Of a DNA stretch of 40,649 nt, positions 26,201-32,799 are shown one piece after another (the stretch's first letter is position 1; every line of letters begins with the position of its first letter). The notes under the pieces were generated by a model. The model made no database searches, was not told where the DNA came from, and saw nothing but the letters and a program-made list of their open reading frames with translations. The translations under genes were made by a program, and so were the position numbers. The stretch spans positions 1 to 40,649 of the IMG/VR virus record IMGVR_UViG_3300045988_031645. The stretch is one strand, 5' to 3'. The stretch comes from a virus.

Positions 26201-28656
26201 TTCCTGTCGGAATTTCCGACAGGTTCGTTTGTTTCTGGCTCCGGTTCCTGCTGCGACTCGCTGATCTCCTGTGCCGGCGCACTCTCATCAGAACCTACGT
26301 GCTTTCCTTCGAAAATATCTACGATCTTCTGTAAATCTTCCGGCGACGCATGATTAATCGCATCCTGGTTGATGATACCGCCCTGATTAAACGCCCGGTC
26401 GATAATATCGCCCTGAGACTTCGGCTCGTCTTCGCTCTTTGGTTCCTCAATCAGATTCTGACTCTCCTCAGCCGTCGGCTCCTGGATCAAGTCCTGGCTG
26501 TTCTCTGTCTCCTGTGCGACCGGCGCTGCATCCTCCGTATTGATCGCTTCTACGGCTGCCTGTGTCGCTTCCTTCGCTGCATCCGGTGTAGAATCCGCCG
26601 TGTTCTGCTCTGAGCGCTCCTTCAGCGCATCTACTGCCTCATTCACGGCATCATGCGTAACGTCCGCCACATTCTTTGTGTCGTCTGCCGTTTTCGTCCG
26701 CTTCTTTCTCGTCTTCTTCAACTTATCGACAGCCGCATTGGTGGCGGCCTTCGTGTCAGATCCGCTGCCATCTGTCGTTACCGTAATATTGTTATCTGTC
26801 GAGATGTCGTCAGACACATCGGCGTCACTAAAAACCGGTGCTTCCGACGCCGGTGCCTGTGTGTCCATATTCTGTGCAGGAGCTTCACTGAATTCAGTGT
26901 AGTCGCGCATATCATTAAACAGCGTATTATCGTTTACGAACTGACCACTCTCGAACTGGCTCTGATACTCACGCTCCGCGTTTCTTCTCTGCTGCCAGTC
27001 GTCTGTCCGGTGCTCGATCTCATTTCCTGCGAGGTGCAGCACATCACCACCCACGTTCATGAGCATCGAATTCGCCGCGCCAAGCGCTGCTGAATACCAG
27101 AACTCAGGGTCACTTAAAGAAAGGCCCTTGACCGGATCAATGTTTCCATTCTCATCCTTACCATCACCAAGGATCACATTCTTTGCTATTCCCTGCGTCC
27201 AGTACTGTAAGCCCTCCTGTGCAGCTTCACCGAGTGCATTCGCCCCGTGCCTGCCGAAACGGTACAGAAGTCCTCTGCCGATGTCAGACTTCACCGCCTT
27301 GTTGATTCCGTCTGCCGCTGCCTTTGCGATATTCGTATTGCCGAGTGCTTTCGCGATTCTTCCGCCTCCGAATGCCTCGATACCACCAAGCAGCTTCTCG
27401 GTGTAGTATTCAGACGCCGCTTCCTCACCAGCATATAAAGCGGACCGAAGATTGCTATGCCCATCATTGATCGCTTCCTGGTATGAATGGCCGCCCTGCG
27501 AAGCACCAAACAGCATACTAGACAGTGTCTGAATACCTTTACTGCCTACACCTGCGGCACCACCTACAGCGCTTCCGAGTGCGGCCGCTCCAACCATGTT
27601 ACCGGTTGAGGATGCAATATCTTGCAGTACGCCTTCGACATTTCCGGCTTTCTCCCGTCGAATCTCTGTCTCGTAGTCATTCACAGACTTTGCGCGCTTC
27701 TTATTGTCGAGCGTCGCCCACTGCGCAATCTTCTGAAGGCCCTCGCCACTGTTCGTAACGCCTCCGACGAACTGATTAGCCACTCTACCGGCTGCCACAG
27801 CATTCGCACGGTTTCCCTCTACGTTCTGCTTCGCCACGCGGCGGTTGATGTCGTCCATGAGCTTAGACCGGTACTCTTCCGCTGCGTCTCTGCCCTGCGA
27901 GTCATACAGATGGTTGTACATGGTCTTCTGACCCGGCGTCATTTCAGAGTACTGCCGGATCTTCTCCGGGATAGCAGCTCTATTCTTTCCGTACTTCTCC
28001 GCTTCCACGTCTGCCATCTTCAGAGGATTCCCACCAGCGTTTCTGAGCGCGTTGATCGGTGCTTTTACCGCATCGACGATTGCCTTGTTGATGCCCTTAT
28101 TCGCAAAATCCGTCATGGCCACATGATGCTTCGTCGCCTGTGCAGTTTGGTTGTCGCTGTTCTTCGCGACATAATCTACGAGCGACTTTGAGACCGTCGT
28201 CTGCGTGTTTCCGGTTCTCGTCGCTGTGCTGGGCGTGGCATTACTCGGTGTAGCATTGCTCGGCGTCGAGCGGTTCTTGAGCTCGTTCAGCGCATCGTTT
28301 CGGATGTCATCACTCGTCACTGTCTGCTTCTTCGGCGTCGGACGAGTATATCCATAGCGCTTGCCCACATCATCCACCAGGTTCCGTGAAACAGTGCTCG
28401 CAGATCCTGTGTTGTAGGTCTTCTGCCGCTGCTGCATGCTGGTCTTCCGCTGTGAGCGCTCATGCGAAGACTGAATGCTGCGCTGCGTCGCAGAGTTCAG
28501 AGAATAATTGCCGTCCGTATCCTTCTCGTAGTAGTTCTCACGATAAAGCTGCTGCGTCGGCTTGTTGGCGATCTTATTGCTTTCGTCTCGGTGCTCAGAC
28601 TGACGAAGCAGTTCGTACTTCGTCTCTCTGTTTGTGATTTTTGATCTCTTTGCCAT
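17263..28656 (-). CDS. Giant polyvalent protein (3,797 aa): Gly-rich N-terminal region, N6-adenine-type methyltransferase, Strawberry-notch/SNF2-like helicase, HExxH metallopeptidase motif, C-terminal region with one TM segment
   Basis: One uninterrupted frame. The start is moved to ATG 28656 (AAGGAG upstream). Motif coordinates are listed in the module features and in the findings. Confidence 0.9.
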   Translation of the reverse strand: MAKRSKITNRETKYELLRQSEHRDESNKIANKPTQQLYRENYYEKDTDGNYSLNSATQRSIQSSHERSQRKTSMQQRQKTYNTGSASTVSRNLVDDVGKRYGYTRPTPKKQTVTSDDIRNDALNELKNRSTPSNATPSNATPSTATRTGNTQTTVSKSLVDYVAKNSDNQTAQATKHHVAMTDFANKGINKAIVDAVKAPINALRNAGGNPLKMADVEAEKYGKNRAAIPEKIRQYSEMTPGQKTMYNHLYDSQGRDAAEEYRSKLMDDINRRVAKQNVEGNRANAVAAGRVANQFVGGVTNSGEGLQKIAQWATLDNKKRAKSVNDYETEIRREKAGNVEGVLQDIASSTGNMVGAAALGSAVGGAAGVGSKGIQTLSSMLFGASQGGHSYQEAINDGHSNLRSALYAGEEAASEYYTEKLLGGIEAFGGGRIAKALGNTNIAKAAADGINKAVKSDIGRGLLYRFGRHGANALGEAAQEGLQYWTQGIAKNVILGDGKDENGNIDPVKGLSLSDPEFWYSAALGAANSMLMNVGGDVLHLAGNEIEHRTDDWQQRRNAEREYQSQFESGQFVNDNTLFNDMRDYTEFSEAPAQNMDTQAPASEAPVFSDADVSDDISTDNNITVTTDGSGSDTKAATNAAVDKLKKTRKKRTKTADDTKNVADVTHDAVNEAVDALKERSEQNTADSTPDAAKEATQAAVEAINTEDAAPVAQETENSQDLIQEPTAEESQNLIEEPKSEDEPKSQGDIIDRAFNQGGIINQDAINHASPEDLQKIVDIFEGKHVGSDESAPAQEISESQQEPEPETNEPVGNSDRKLTTNQLHDKLKSNGKFTADQIEYEITADEDGYVGRLRDTKNDKFGGVIVDGRALRYVTKPYESRDAVIDDLTKFAENNGLTRNEKAAAEADSFVSGGILQPDVADALTDRAYKRFGTKEAERRTYIDFFSLGSEQWPSVDTSTVYKWDNFMSQVYQAGLNGEPYSRLSNDSNFAEFYKMPVGPDAADAMWKLGYNQYNIRMQKNEEKKEEPKEAPKEASKPAPAAKTSPAAPEKKPVANSNPQSSIADRVAEKVASGQSFTANWLFDVANNAYGGTMAEGTYSVKDAYDGMELGINKYLMNADFVKAGNRSLEDALNTLSELQSIMRNIPTQTKRTEEMESYQQFSTPPTIAYTAARLANITSADVVLEPSAGIGGLALWGKAWGAKVYGNELSKRRLAFLNELGLDGTFNENAEQINNVLPDDIQPTVVIMNPPFSSTAGRMKTNKTANAKRHIEQALDRLQEGGRLVAILGRGMADDAPAFSAWWNDLRREYTIRSNVRIDGSNYQKYGTTFDDQLVVIDKVGPQEGKTLTGEYKELSELLTDLEGVRNERNPISRSDMESDKSVSESGTGRSGVVPERTERSGSGTHDGSGDDATDRRGISESSEEGLGESGGRRGRRNGSERDSRKPGKSEDGRVGTGRSTERRVSESSSKGNESDSGRADQSVKLEKPASSEKAERVANVDINSTFTPYVPEKVRINGAKAHPGKLVESAAMGAVEPPDATYVPHLPQELIDRGMPSSAQLENIVYAGQAHQQFLPSGERKGYFIGDGTGVGKGLQLASIILDNFNQGRKKAVWVSEKESLIEDAQRDWADLEQDKKDVFSFKKFKNKDINASEGICFATYDTLGSRKQDGIDRLTNWLGEDFDGVIVLDEAHNMKNAVRIKKARGSSEPTQKAIWGLKLQEAFPKARIVYATATGASSIENFAYLERLGLWGPGTSFANFNDFYTKVSAGGLAAMELVARDMKSLGDYMARSISYDGVQYDTIEHELTPIQHEIYDKMSDAWRVVLRNIDKALELTGASNNGNARGAAASAFWGSLQRFYNQILTSMAMPSVLSDIQTQLDNGKSVVIQLTNTNEAEAKRKIADNAKNGGDLDGLDLTPSETLIDFLQKSFPVQSYEEYQDENGNTHSKPVTNSNGEPVLDKKAIALRDKLIEEVGQMQVPDGPLEMLLDTFGVDNVAEVTGRTRRVVYHRQPDGSMKRVVEKWSKEKGEADTAAFQAGKKRILIFSEAGGTGKSYHADLRAKNQQQRVHYILQAGWKADAAIQGLGRTHRTNEASAPIYKLVTTNVMGQKRFTSTIAKRLNQMGALTKGQRDAGSGVFSERDNLENPISEDALAKYYESAPDEVIRELGIKIYDKNGLINKSSTDLRNVPKFLNRILALRVEDQNEVFENFYSILEEMTENAMKDGTLDRGMESYKADKIEVADEKPVYQDENTHAETKYVQLKVYNRPTLIPYESVEDAHLNFMGMYRLKDGSVRAVYKGSTTTDKRTGEVVQKYRLDGPVRGKSSYFVEKTFNEQAEKLPKKEWKKAWEAETQKAPEYVENTLHMLTGTLLPIWSKLPENNTRVMRIVTTDGKQYLGRVISPDQIDSVLRNLGTARTKKQYTLKSLMSEVLDKNQELVLRDNRWKIRRRKVSGEWRIEVTGSNLWALNRVEGIISETIGYEKRYFIPTGSKGEYTLGSIIRSNPVMDVRSAGTEDDDGVLHSMSKHDDTGDKSGGVLNSKKNPTPNEDGEKPEERWTAKKNEGSAETSSKRLSDIIGQAAHDWGFNVTSGTRYVKGEGNMGEFNERNRGIRTKITNDLPTFSHEFGHWLDKTYNITGSARLPKEVRKDIETAFFMNPDNADLYSGKSASVKLKEGLAEFVRYYLQNRDAARIDFPKLTDYILKQMSPGELAKFNGFADQVNAYYSMDAGDAKSSIRLKEDSRPDYRTNMEKFHDWYHGWYQENVDSVHGFREFDVRNGTNTYTYATNAAYTDARVAQTIIEGIYDLDGNYIGPGLKDALAGIDVNDKEVYIAFGEYLAVKHGIEWIAQGKRVFADDRKNNAQWMENRISEIEAEHPEFIEAADRLYKFESDFMWTYAVGEGLISADAYKAMQKENPCYVPFFRAGFKERGNSLFKAKGSGRDLIHPVDNIIDNITKLQNAAARNAVMLQLRREAVRSKADALFMEKMPDPKVPVEVDLRGIKDRLYNETHDIAGIEIAPEMQDALQEVIGSIDDTMTQFQLGKAKPNRGEIKILVAGKPEFWKINDPLLLSSITSMDYRNASKVITAFGAVSRFITSNITGNNVIWSIFSNAPRDLQTLLTYSMATKNPGKMLQGVADTYLNYINNARGKSVDPLFSEYLAMGGEGAPVWSGSKDYVKDMRKLLSSTREHPEMNPLKWAMFVSDMIEMGPRFATYKMCREAGMNPQKAFYAAMDITVNFRRNGINSKTLNQFIPFFNAGVQATDKMIRYFTAEDLREMKFVGGAGDGGDGGDGTGKWFEVNGKERGRAIAGRIAFSAALSLIMAALVVAWSRRNKESKDDFDMLSNYTKNSYFCISLGDGKYFTIPKGQNVAVLESFFERLLERTVGDNDHAFNEYYSYLTDSTLPSIVSDLAEYPVNVVANGVQSANDDFTTGFLGSLGAVGEMSQLRANKDYLNRPIVSKQNEGKVPALQYTEKSSEMAYLLGKYLGISPQKADHFGKNILGWMWSYPSALFPINDGKGVKGKRDWTMGVKNTYLRDNVYSNDISNWIYDKASESDIMYSSYGTNEQALESTLDSNMKSYYQKTIGLAKGQEDEREIRRAALDKLKAYRKESDHGVEDADRKAIYDIVESNGNAEILPGVMDTSIKSDGKTYDLSGKEYMQYQDAYESYYYDLADDCIKESDSEDKQSKIAGDLKQLAREQAMDEILSKKGIESGKPSKLKDWTDAGYDAADYFSLKEEMDVAKVGKDGDDRRKAVKKVLRGSGLSADAQKKLWEIAGYKTTTFSKY
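20752..20766 (-). other. HEFGH (HExxH) zinc-metallopeptidase motif in the giant protein
   Basis: Context TFSHEFGHWLDKTYN. This is a motif only; the surrounding fold is not identified. Confidence 0.5.
21940..24060 (-). other. Strawberry-notch-like superfamily-2 helicase module of the giant protein
   Basis: GDGTGVGKG (23863..23889), VLDEAHNMKN (DEAH at 23566..23577), FSEAGGTGKSYHAD, GLGRTHRTNE and FLNRILALRVEDQNEVF. Confidence 0.75.
24195..24548 (-). CDS. Overprinted 117-aa acidic protein in the +1 frame of the giant gene
   Basis: AAGGAG lies 6 nt before ATG 24548, and the frame is closed by TAA two codons upstream and by TAA at 24195. The sequence is protein-like with native-looking codon usage (12 of 14 Leu are CTG). 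The giant frame is low-complexity over the same bases. Confidence 0.55.
   Translation of the reverse strand: MRETRLVDQTWNLINLFQNLGRDDQEWFLNELNDPDQALMMAAEMMPPTDEEFLKAVKKGWENLVDDEDAETVVKEIPESLENLKTVEWGPEEVPSDEYLKAAAKAMNPILEGLISQ
24620..25185 (-). other. Methyltransferase module of the giant protein
   Basis: SAM motif VLEPSAGIGGL (about 25066..25100) and catalytic VVIMNPPFSS (NPPF at 24891..24902). Confidence 0.8.
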
Positions 28657-28737
28657 CACGTTCTCCTTAAAATAAAGTGAAGTTGCTACCGTCAATTATG
28701 AGTGAAGGCGTCGAAAAACGTCACCGACCTATAAAAA

Positions 28738-28765
28738 GGGACCGCAGTGTTACCACCACGGCCCC
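28738..28765 (-). terminator. Rho-independent terminator before the giant gene, followed by ATAGGTCGGT (28732..28723)
   Basis: Minus-strand RNA GGGGCCG-N14-CGGUCCC then UUUUUAUAGGUCGGU. One G-U pair makes the helix specific to the minus-strand transcript. Confidence 0.7.
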
Positions 28766-28781
28766 AAAAAGGAGGAAACGA

Positions 28782-30272
28782 TTACATATCGCCAATAATC
28801 TTAAATTCTTTCGACATCTTCTTAGCCCATGCGCCGGCCGCTTCCTTCGCTCTGTTCCGCGCGTAGAATGCAGCCTTCGCGTCGATCATGCCCTCTGCCT
28901 TCGCGTCCTCATACGCCTGATCGTAGGCATCGTTCTTCACGGTCTCATACCGGCTCTCATACTCTGACTGAGCCATGAGATTCCGCTTATCGCTGCCGCC
29001 AGCGGACGGATACTGCTTCCTAAATGCGGAATCATCCGTATAGATATCCTTCGATACGGTCTTGCCAGATCTGCCCGACGATTTACGACCTCTGCCGGAA
29101 CCGGACGACTTCGCCGCCTTTGCCGTCTGTGCTGCTGCCGCGATCTGCGACAGAGTGGCCGCTGCATCGCCGGAGAGACCGTACTTCTTATTGTACTGGT
29201 TGATGCGGTCTGTGAGGTAGGAAGGAACCGGAAGGCCGGCCTTCGCAAGCTCCGTCGCCTGGGATATCGCGTTCTGATACTGGTTGTCGTCTCTGTTCAG
29301 CTCGTCCTGCTCTGCGCCGTACCCGAAGCTCCGGTCATTGTCATAGCCACTTCGATCCTGCTGGAAGGAGTTCCAATACTGGTTCGCATTGTAGTTCCGG
29401 TCTGTCTGCCAGTCTGAAACGTCGTCCCGATACTGGCCATAACCAAAATTACGGTCATTCTCAAACGCGCTCCTATCGTTCTGGTAGTTCTGCTGATATT
29501 GGTTCGCGTAGTAGTTACGATCTGTCTGCCAGTCGCCAACGTCATCTCGGTATCTGTTGTACTCGATATTATCCTGATTCTGATAGGCATTCAGCTTTCT
29601 ATAGTCATTCGCCTGATTGTCGGCGTACATCTGATACGCGAGGTTCAGAAGGTTCAGATTGTTATCATTCATCTCCTGCATCATGTTGTCATACGCCTGC
29701 TGTCCGGCTGCCTGCCCATAGGTTGATCCATAGCCGCCCGTCTGAGCGTTCGCCGATGCCATCGCATCGTTCATTGCTCTCTGGGCCTGAGCCTTATACC
29801 GCTCCGAATACTGGTTGTAGAGCTCGTTATAGTTGGCATCATTCTTCACATCAAACGCCTTTTGTCCCTTGATAACATCCAGGAGGCCGTTGATGGTTTG
29901 CTCGTAAGCAGAGGCATACGGAGAAGGCTTCGCTTTTTCCGTGCTTTGGAGTTGGCTTAAATAACCGTTCGTGAGCTTGCTCGTTTTAAACGTCGGTGCT
30001 TCATAGGAATCCGGTTTCGCATTGTCTGAAGCGAGCATCGAATTTTTGTAATGGTTCGTAAGCTCTGTAGGGTGAAAGCTCTGCTGCCATGACTTGGTTG
30101 CTGTTGATGCAGGTGCTACCGCTTGCTGCTGGCTCGATACAGTGAGTGGCGACCCTTGCTGTAGGACAAGCGTTTGGTTAGGCGCCTGGCTCAATGGGCT
30201 TGTCGTCGTGTAGCTCTCTTTCTTTTTCTTGTACGTCTCCGGTTTTATTCCCGTTCCGATCACTCTCGACAT
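28782..30272 (-). CDS. Gln/Asn/Tyr/Asp-rich structural (possibly internal/ejection) protein with a tandem 40-aa repeat (496 aa)
   Basis: The start is moved to ATG 30272 (GGAGGT upstream). YRDDV.DWQTDRNY.ANQY...DR..F.NDR.FGYG occurs twice in tandem (29313..29552). Confidence 0.7.
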   Translation of the reverse strand: MSRVIGTGIKPETYKKKKESYTTTSPLSQAPNQTLVLQQGSPLTVSSQQQAVAPASTATKSWQQSFHPTELTNHYKNSMLASDNAKPDSYEAPTFKTSKLTNGYLSQLQSTEKAKPSPYASAYEQTINGLLDVIKGQKAFDVKNDANYNELYNQYSERYKAQAQRAMNDAMASANAQTGGYGSTYGQAAGQQAYDNMMQEMNDNNLNLLNLAYQMYADNQANDYRKLNAYQNQDNIEYNRYRDDVGDWQTDRNYYANQYQQNYQNDRSAFENDRNFGYGQYRDDVSDWQTDRNYNANQYWNSFQQDRSGYDNDRSFGYGAEQDELNRDDNQYQNAISQATELAKAGLPVPSYLTDRINQYNKKYGLSGDAAATLSQIAAAAQTAKAAKSSGSGRGRKSSGRSGKTVSKDIYTDDSAFRKQYPSAGGSDKRNLMAQSEYESRYETVKNDAYDQAYEDAKAEGMIDAKAAFYARNRAKEAAGAWAKKMSKEFKIIGDM

Positions 30273-30414
30273 TTTGCGATACCTCCGTTGTGTTTCCGCT
30301 ATCAAGTATCTGCCTCAGCATCACTATGCGTTTGCAGTTTTCTACGCCGTGAACCTCGAGTTCTTCGAGGAGTACACGTGCAGTTCGTATATGGTTTTCG
30401 GTATATGTAATCAT
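30178..30414 (-). CDS. Hypothetical small protein (78 aa); 3' end overlaps the next gene by 95 nt
   Basis: ATGA-coupled to the upstream gene. The N-terminal MITYTENHIRTARVLLEELEVHGVENCKRIVMLRQIL reads helical, but the tail is low quality. Confidence 0.45.
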   Translation of the reverse strand: MITYTENHIRTARVLLEELEVHGVENCKRIVMLRQILDSGNTTEVSQNVESDRNGNKTGDVQEKERELHDDKPIEPGA

Positions 30415-31268
30415 TGACCTACCACGCTTTTTATATAGTTGCTAAGCTCCATTCCGTTATAGTAAAGAGCTCCGTGAATAACGACTTGCTTTTTGCCATT
30501 CACCATAAATGTAGAAGTGTCACTGTTCCCCGTCCATCCAGCCCAAAGGAGAAGTTTTCCTGTTCCTGATACATCTCCTGTAGACATTCCGGTAACTTCG
30601 TCGCTCGACTGAAATATATTACGTCCGTATGAATCATCAATGATAAAATCGCCCAGTCCTACATAGCCTTTTCGAGCAATCAGAGGTATATTGTCTCCAC
30701 CATAAATTTCAGAGCCATCAATACGACCACCCGTGATGGTTACGCCGTAAATGCTGCCGCTCTTGATATCCGCTGATTTGAGGCTTGCAGTTTCAATGTC
30801 AATAGAGTACAGCTTCGTGGACTTGATAGTACCACCCTCGATAGACGGGGAAACGATCTTAGCAGCGTTCACGGTCCCGCTAAAAGTGCCGTTTCCCTGA
30901 GAATCGATCTTTAGGTTTTTCGCATCTACTTCAAATTTTCCTGTTGTGAGTTTTATGCAATCTCCGGTTAGCTCCATGCTAGAGGAGCCGTCCGGCGTTT
31001 CCGCATTCAGAGAAAGCAGATCCGATAGTAGCGTAATGGATGTGTTGTAATGCTTCTCGCTGTTTTCCACTCGAAGTTCGATCTGGTCCGCTTTTACCTC
31101 AACAGATGCTAGGTGCTCGCCTCGCTGCGCGTAAATCAGTCGCGCGGACTCCGAATAGTTCTCTTCCGGCGTGAGGTTATTAAACATGTAGGTCAGATTT
31201 TCATTCAGTTCATAAAGATACGACTCGATCTTGCTACTATCGACGGTATCCTGTGTGAATATAGCCAT
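30411..31268 (-). CDS. Tail spike/fibre-like structural protein (285 aa)
   Basis: ATG 31268 is preferred over the GTG at 31277. Repetitive beta-rich segments are present (GGTIKSTKLYSIDIETASLKSADIKSGSIYGVTITGGRIDGSEIYGG). Confidence 0.6.
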   Translation of the reverse strand: MAIFTQDTVDSSKIESYLYELNENLTYMFNNLTPEENYSESARLIYAQRGEHLASVEVKADQIELRVENSEKHYNTSITLLSDLLSLNAETPDGSSSMELTGDCIKLTTGKFEVDAKNLKIDSQGNGTFSGTVNAAKIVSPSIEGGTIKSTKLYSIDIETASLKSADIKSGSIYGVTITGGRIDGSEIYGGDNIPLIARKGYVGLGDFIIDDSYGRNIFQSSDEVTGMSTGDVSGTGKLLLWAGWTGNSDTSTFMVNGKKQVVIHGALYYNGMELSNYIKSVVGQ

Positions 31269-32799
31269 TGATCTCACTTCCCAGCTCTATAGTGTTTGCC
31301 ATCGCGACGATCCTGCACGGGCCGGTGCCCTCGATGCGGATGCGATACTTACTGCATCGTCTCGGGATGATCGGGATCGTATAGGTCTTATCCATCGCGC
31401 TGCGGATAAATCCCTTCTGCTCCCACATAGGTCCGTCGTCGAACTTCGCAAAGAACTTCACCTCGCTGCCTACCGGCATCACGAAACTGATAAGCACTTT
31501 CGAAACATACTTCTGTTCCATCGCAGATCCGCGCAGATCCCCCGACTCAAGGAACCATCTGATCGGTTCCGTGTCGTTTCCGTAAATATCGCGAAGATTA
31601 TTCTCGGAATCGACATAATGCAGCATGCCTTCCGAATACTGAACGAACTTGAAGACTGCATCGTCCTCGACATCCCATACACTGGTAAGCGGATCATACA
31701 CGAGCAGCGTCTGTGCGCCGCCCAGCTTGCACGACAGATAGAGCTTGCCGTCGTACTGTGCTGCCGCCGCGTCCGTGATTTCCTGCGTGATGTTCGCCGA
31801 GATCTTCTCAGGCACGCCACCCAGGTATCTGTACACGCCATCCATGGAAACATAATACAGAGTTTCGTTGATTGTTACGAGCGACCTATCACAGCCTGCG
31901 CGCACACCAGGCAGCGTCTTTTCAAGTAGGGAGAAGTTTGACGGCTTGTCGCCTCTCAGCACGTGGAAGGTTGATTCCTTAAAAAACACGAGATACGTGC
32001 CGTACTTGCTGATACCGGTGAAGTCTCCGTCTGATCCTACCGTCGCCGCCCATGCGTTGTTCGCTTCCTTCTCGTAGTTGTACCAGTTCTTCGGGTCTCC
32101 AACCTTGCAGCAGTAGACCTCGTGATTCTTGCTGGAGCATCCCCATAAGCGGTTGTCTCGCTCTGTGATGAAGTCCATGTCCGGTACTTTCCGCTCGAAT
32201 GTAGCCGTGCTGGTGAACTGATCGGTCAGAGAACCGGTCACGATGATGTAATCGGTGCCGCCGTCGGTAATCACCTTCGTGCCGTTGTATTCTGAATTGG
32301 ACGCGCCGGATATGGTCACGCTGTCGCCGGTCTTAAAGGTGTTCCCGATGCCCGCAAGCGTGATCTTCGTGAATACGGAACCTTTCGACAGCGGTGCGAA
32401 CACGGCGCTGCCGCTTACTTTCGCTGTCATGTGATCCACGGCACCCGTGAAGGTATTGAAGATGATGTGGTCTGGGAATACGCAGATATACGCACCGATG
32501 CCGACGAGCTTCTTGTCTCCATCGGCTACGGTGAATACTTCCTTGTCCTTGTAATAGGCTTTCGTCCCGTCGATGTAGAACAGACCATTCTTATAGAAGA
32601 TGCCTTTCGGATTCTCGAAGGTCTTCTCTACGGTGCCTCGTGCCGGCCTGGTGCTGATCGCAGGGTAATGTCGATCGCACATATTCTTCATCGCGGCCCA
32701 CTCTCCCCGACTCGTGATCATGTTCTGATTCACGCCCAGGAAGCGGTCCGTGATGGAACTCGCCCGATTATCTGATGATGTGATCTGTGGTAGTCGCAT
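31237..32799 (-). CDS. Structural (tail/adaptor-region) protein, 520 aa
   Basis: AAGGAGG precedes ATG 32799. Large beta-rich protein in the portal-proximal structural block. Family not recognised. Confidence 0.6.
   Translation of the reverse strand: MRLPQITSSDNRASSITDRFLGVNQNMITSRGEWAAMKNMCDRHYPAISTRPARGTVEKTFENPKGIFYKNGLFYIDGTKAYYKDKEVFTVADGDKKLVGIGAYICVFPDHIIFNTFTGAVDHMTAKVSGSAVFAPLSKGSVFTKITLAGIGNTFKTGDSVTISGASNSEYNGTKVITDGGTDYIIVTGSLTDQFTSTATFERKVPDMDFITERDNRLWGCSSKNHEVYCCKVGDPKNWYNYEKEANNAWAATVGSDGDFTGISKYGTYLVFFKESTFHVLRGDKPSNFSLLEKTLPGVRAGCDRSLVTINETLYYVSMDGVYRYLGGVPEKISANITQEITDAAAAQYDGKLYLSCKLGGAQTLLVYDPLTSVWDVEDDAVFKFVQYSEGMLHYVDSENNLRDIYGNDTEPIRWFLESGDLRGSAMEQKYVSKVLISFVMPVGSEVKFFAKFDDGPMWEQKGFIRSAMDKTYTIPIIPRRCSKYRIRIEGTGPCRIVAMANTIELGSEINGYIHTGYRR

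Noticed and set aside
17263-28656. The giant gene as an N4-like virion RNA polymerase
   Set aside because: Its position and size are reminiscent of N4 vRNAP. However, the motifs I can read are methyltransferase, SF2 helicase and HExxH, and I saw no T7-like polymerase motifs. Only the idea of virion packaging is retained, as inference.
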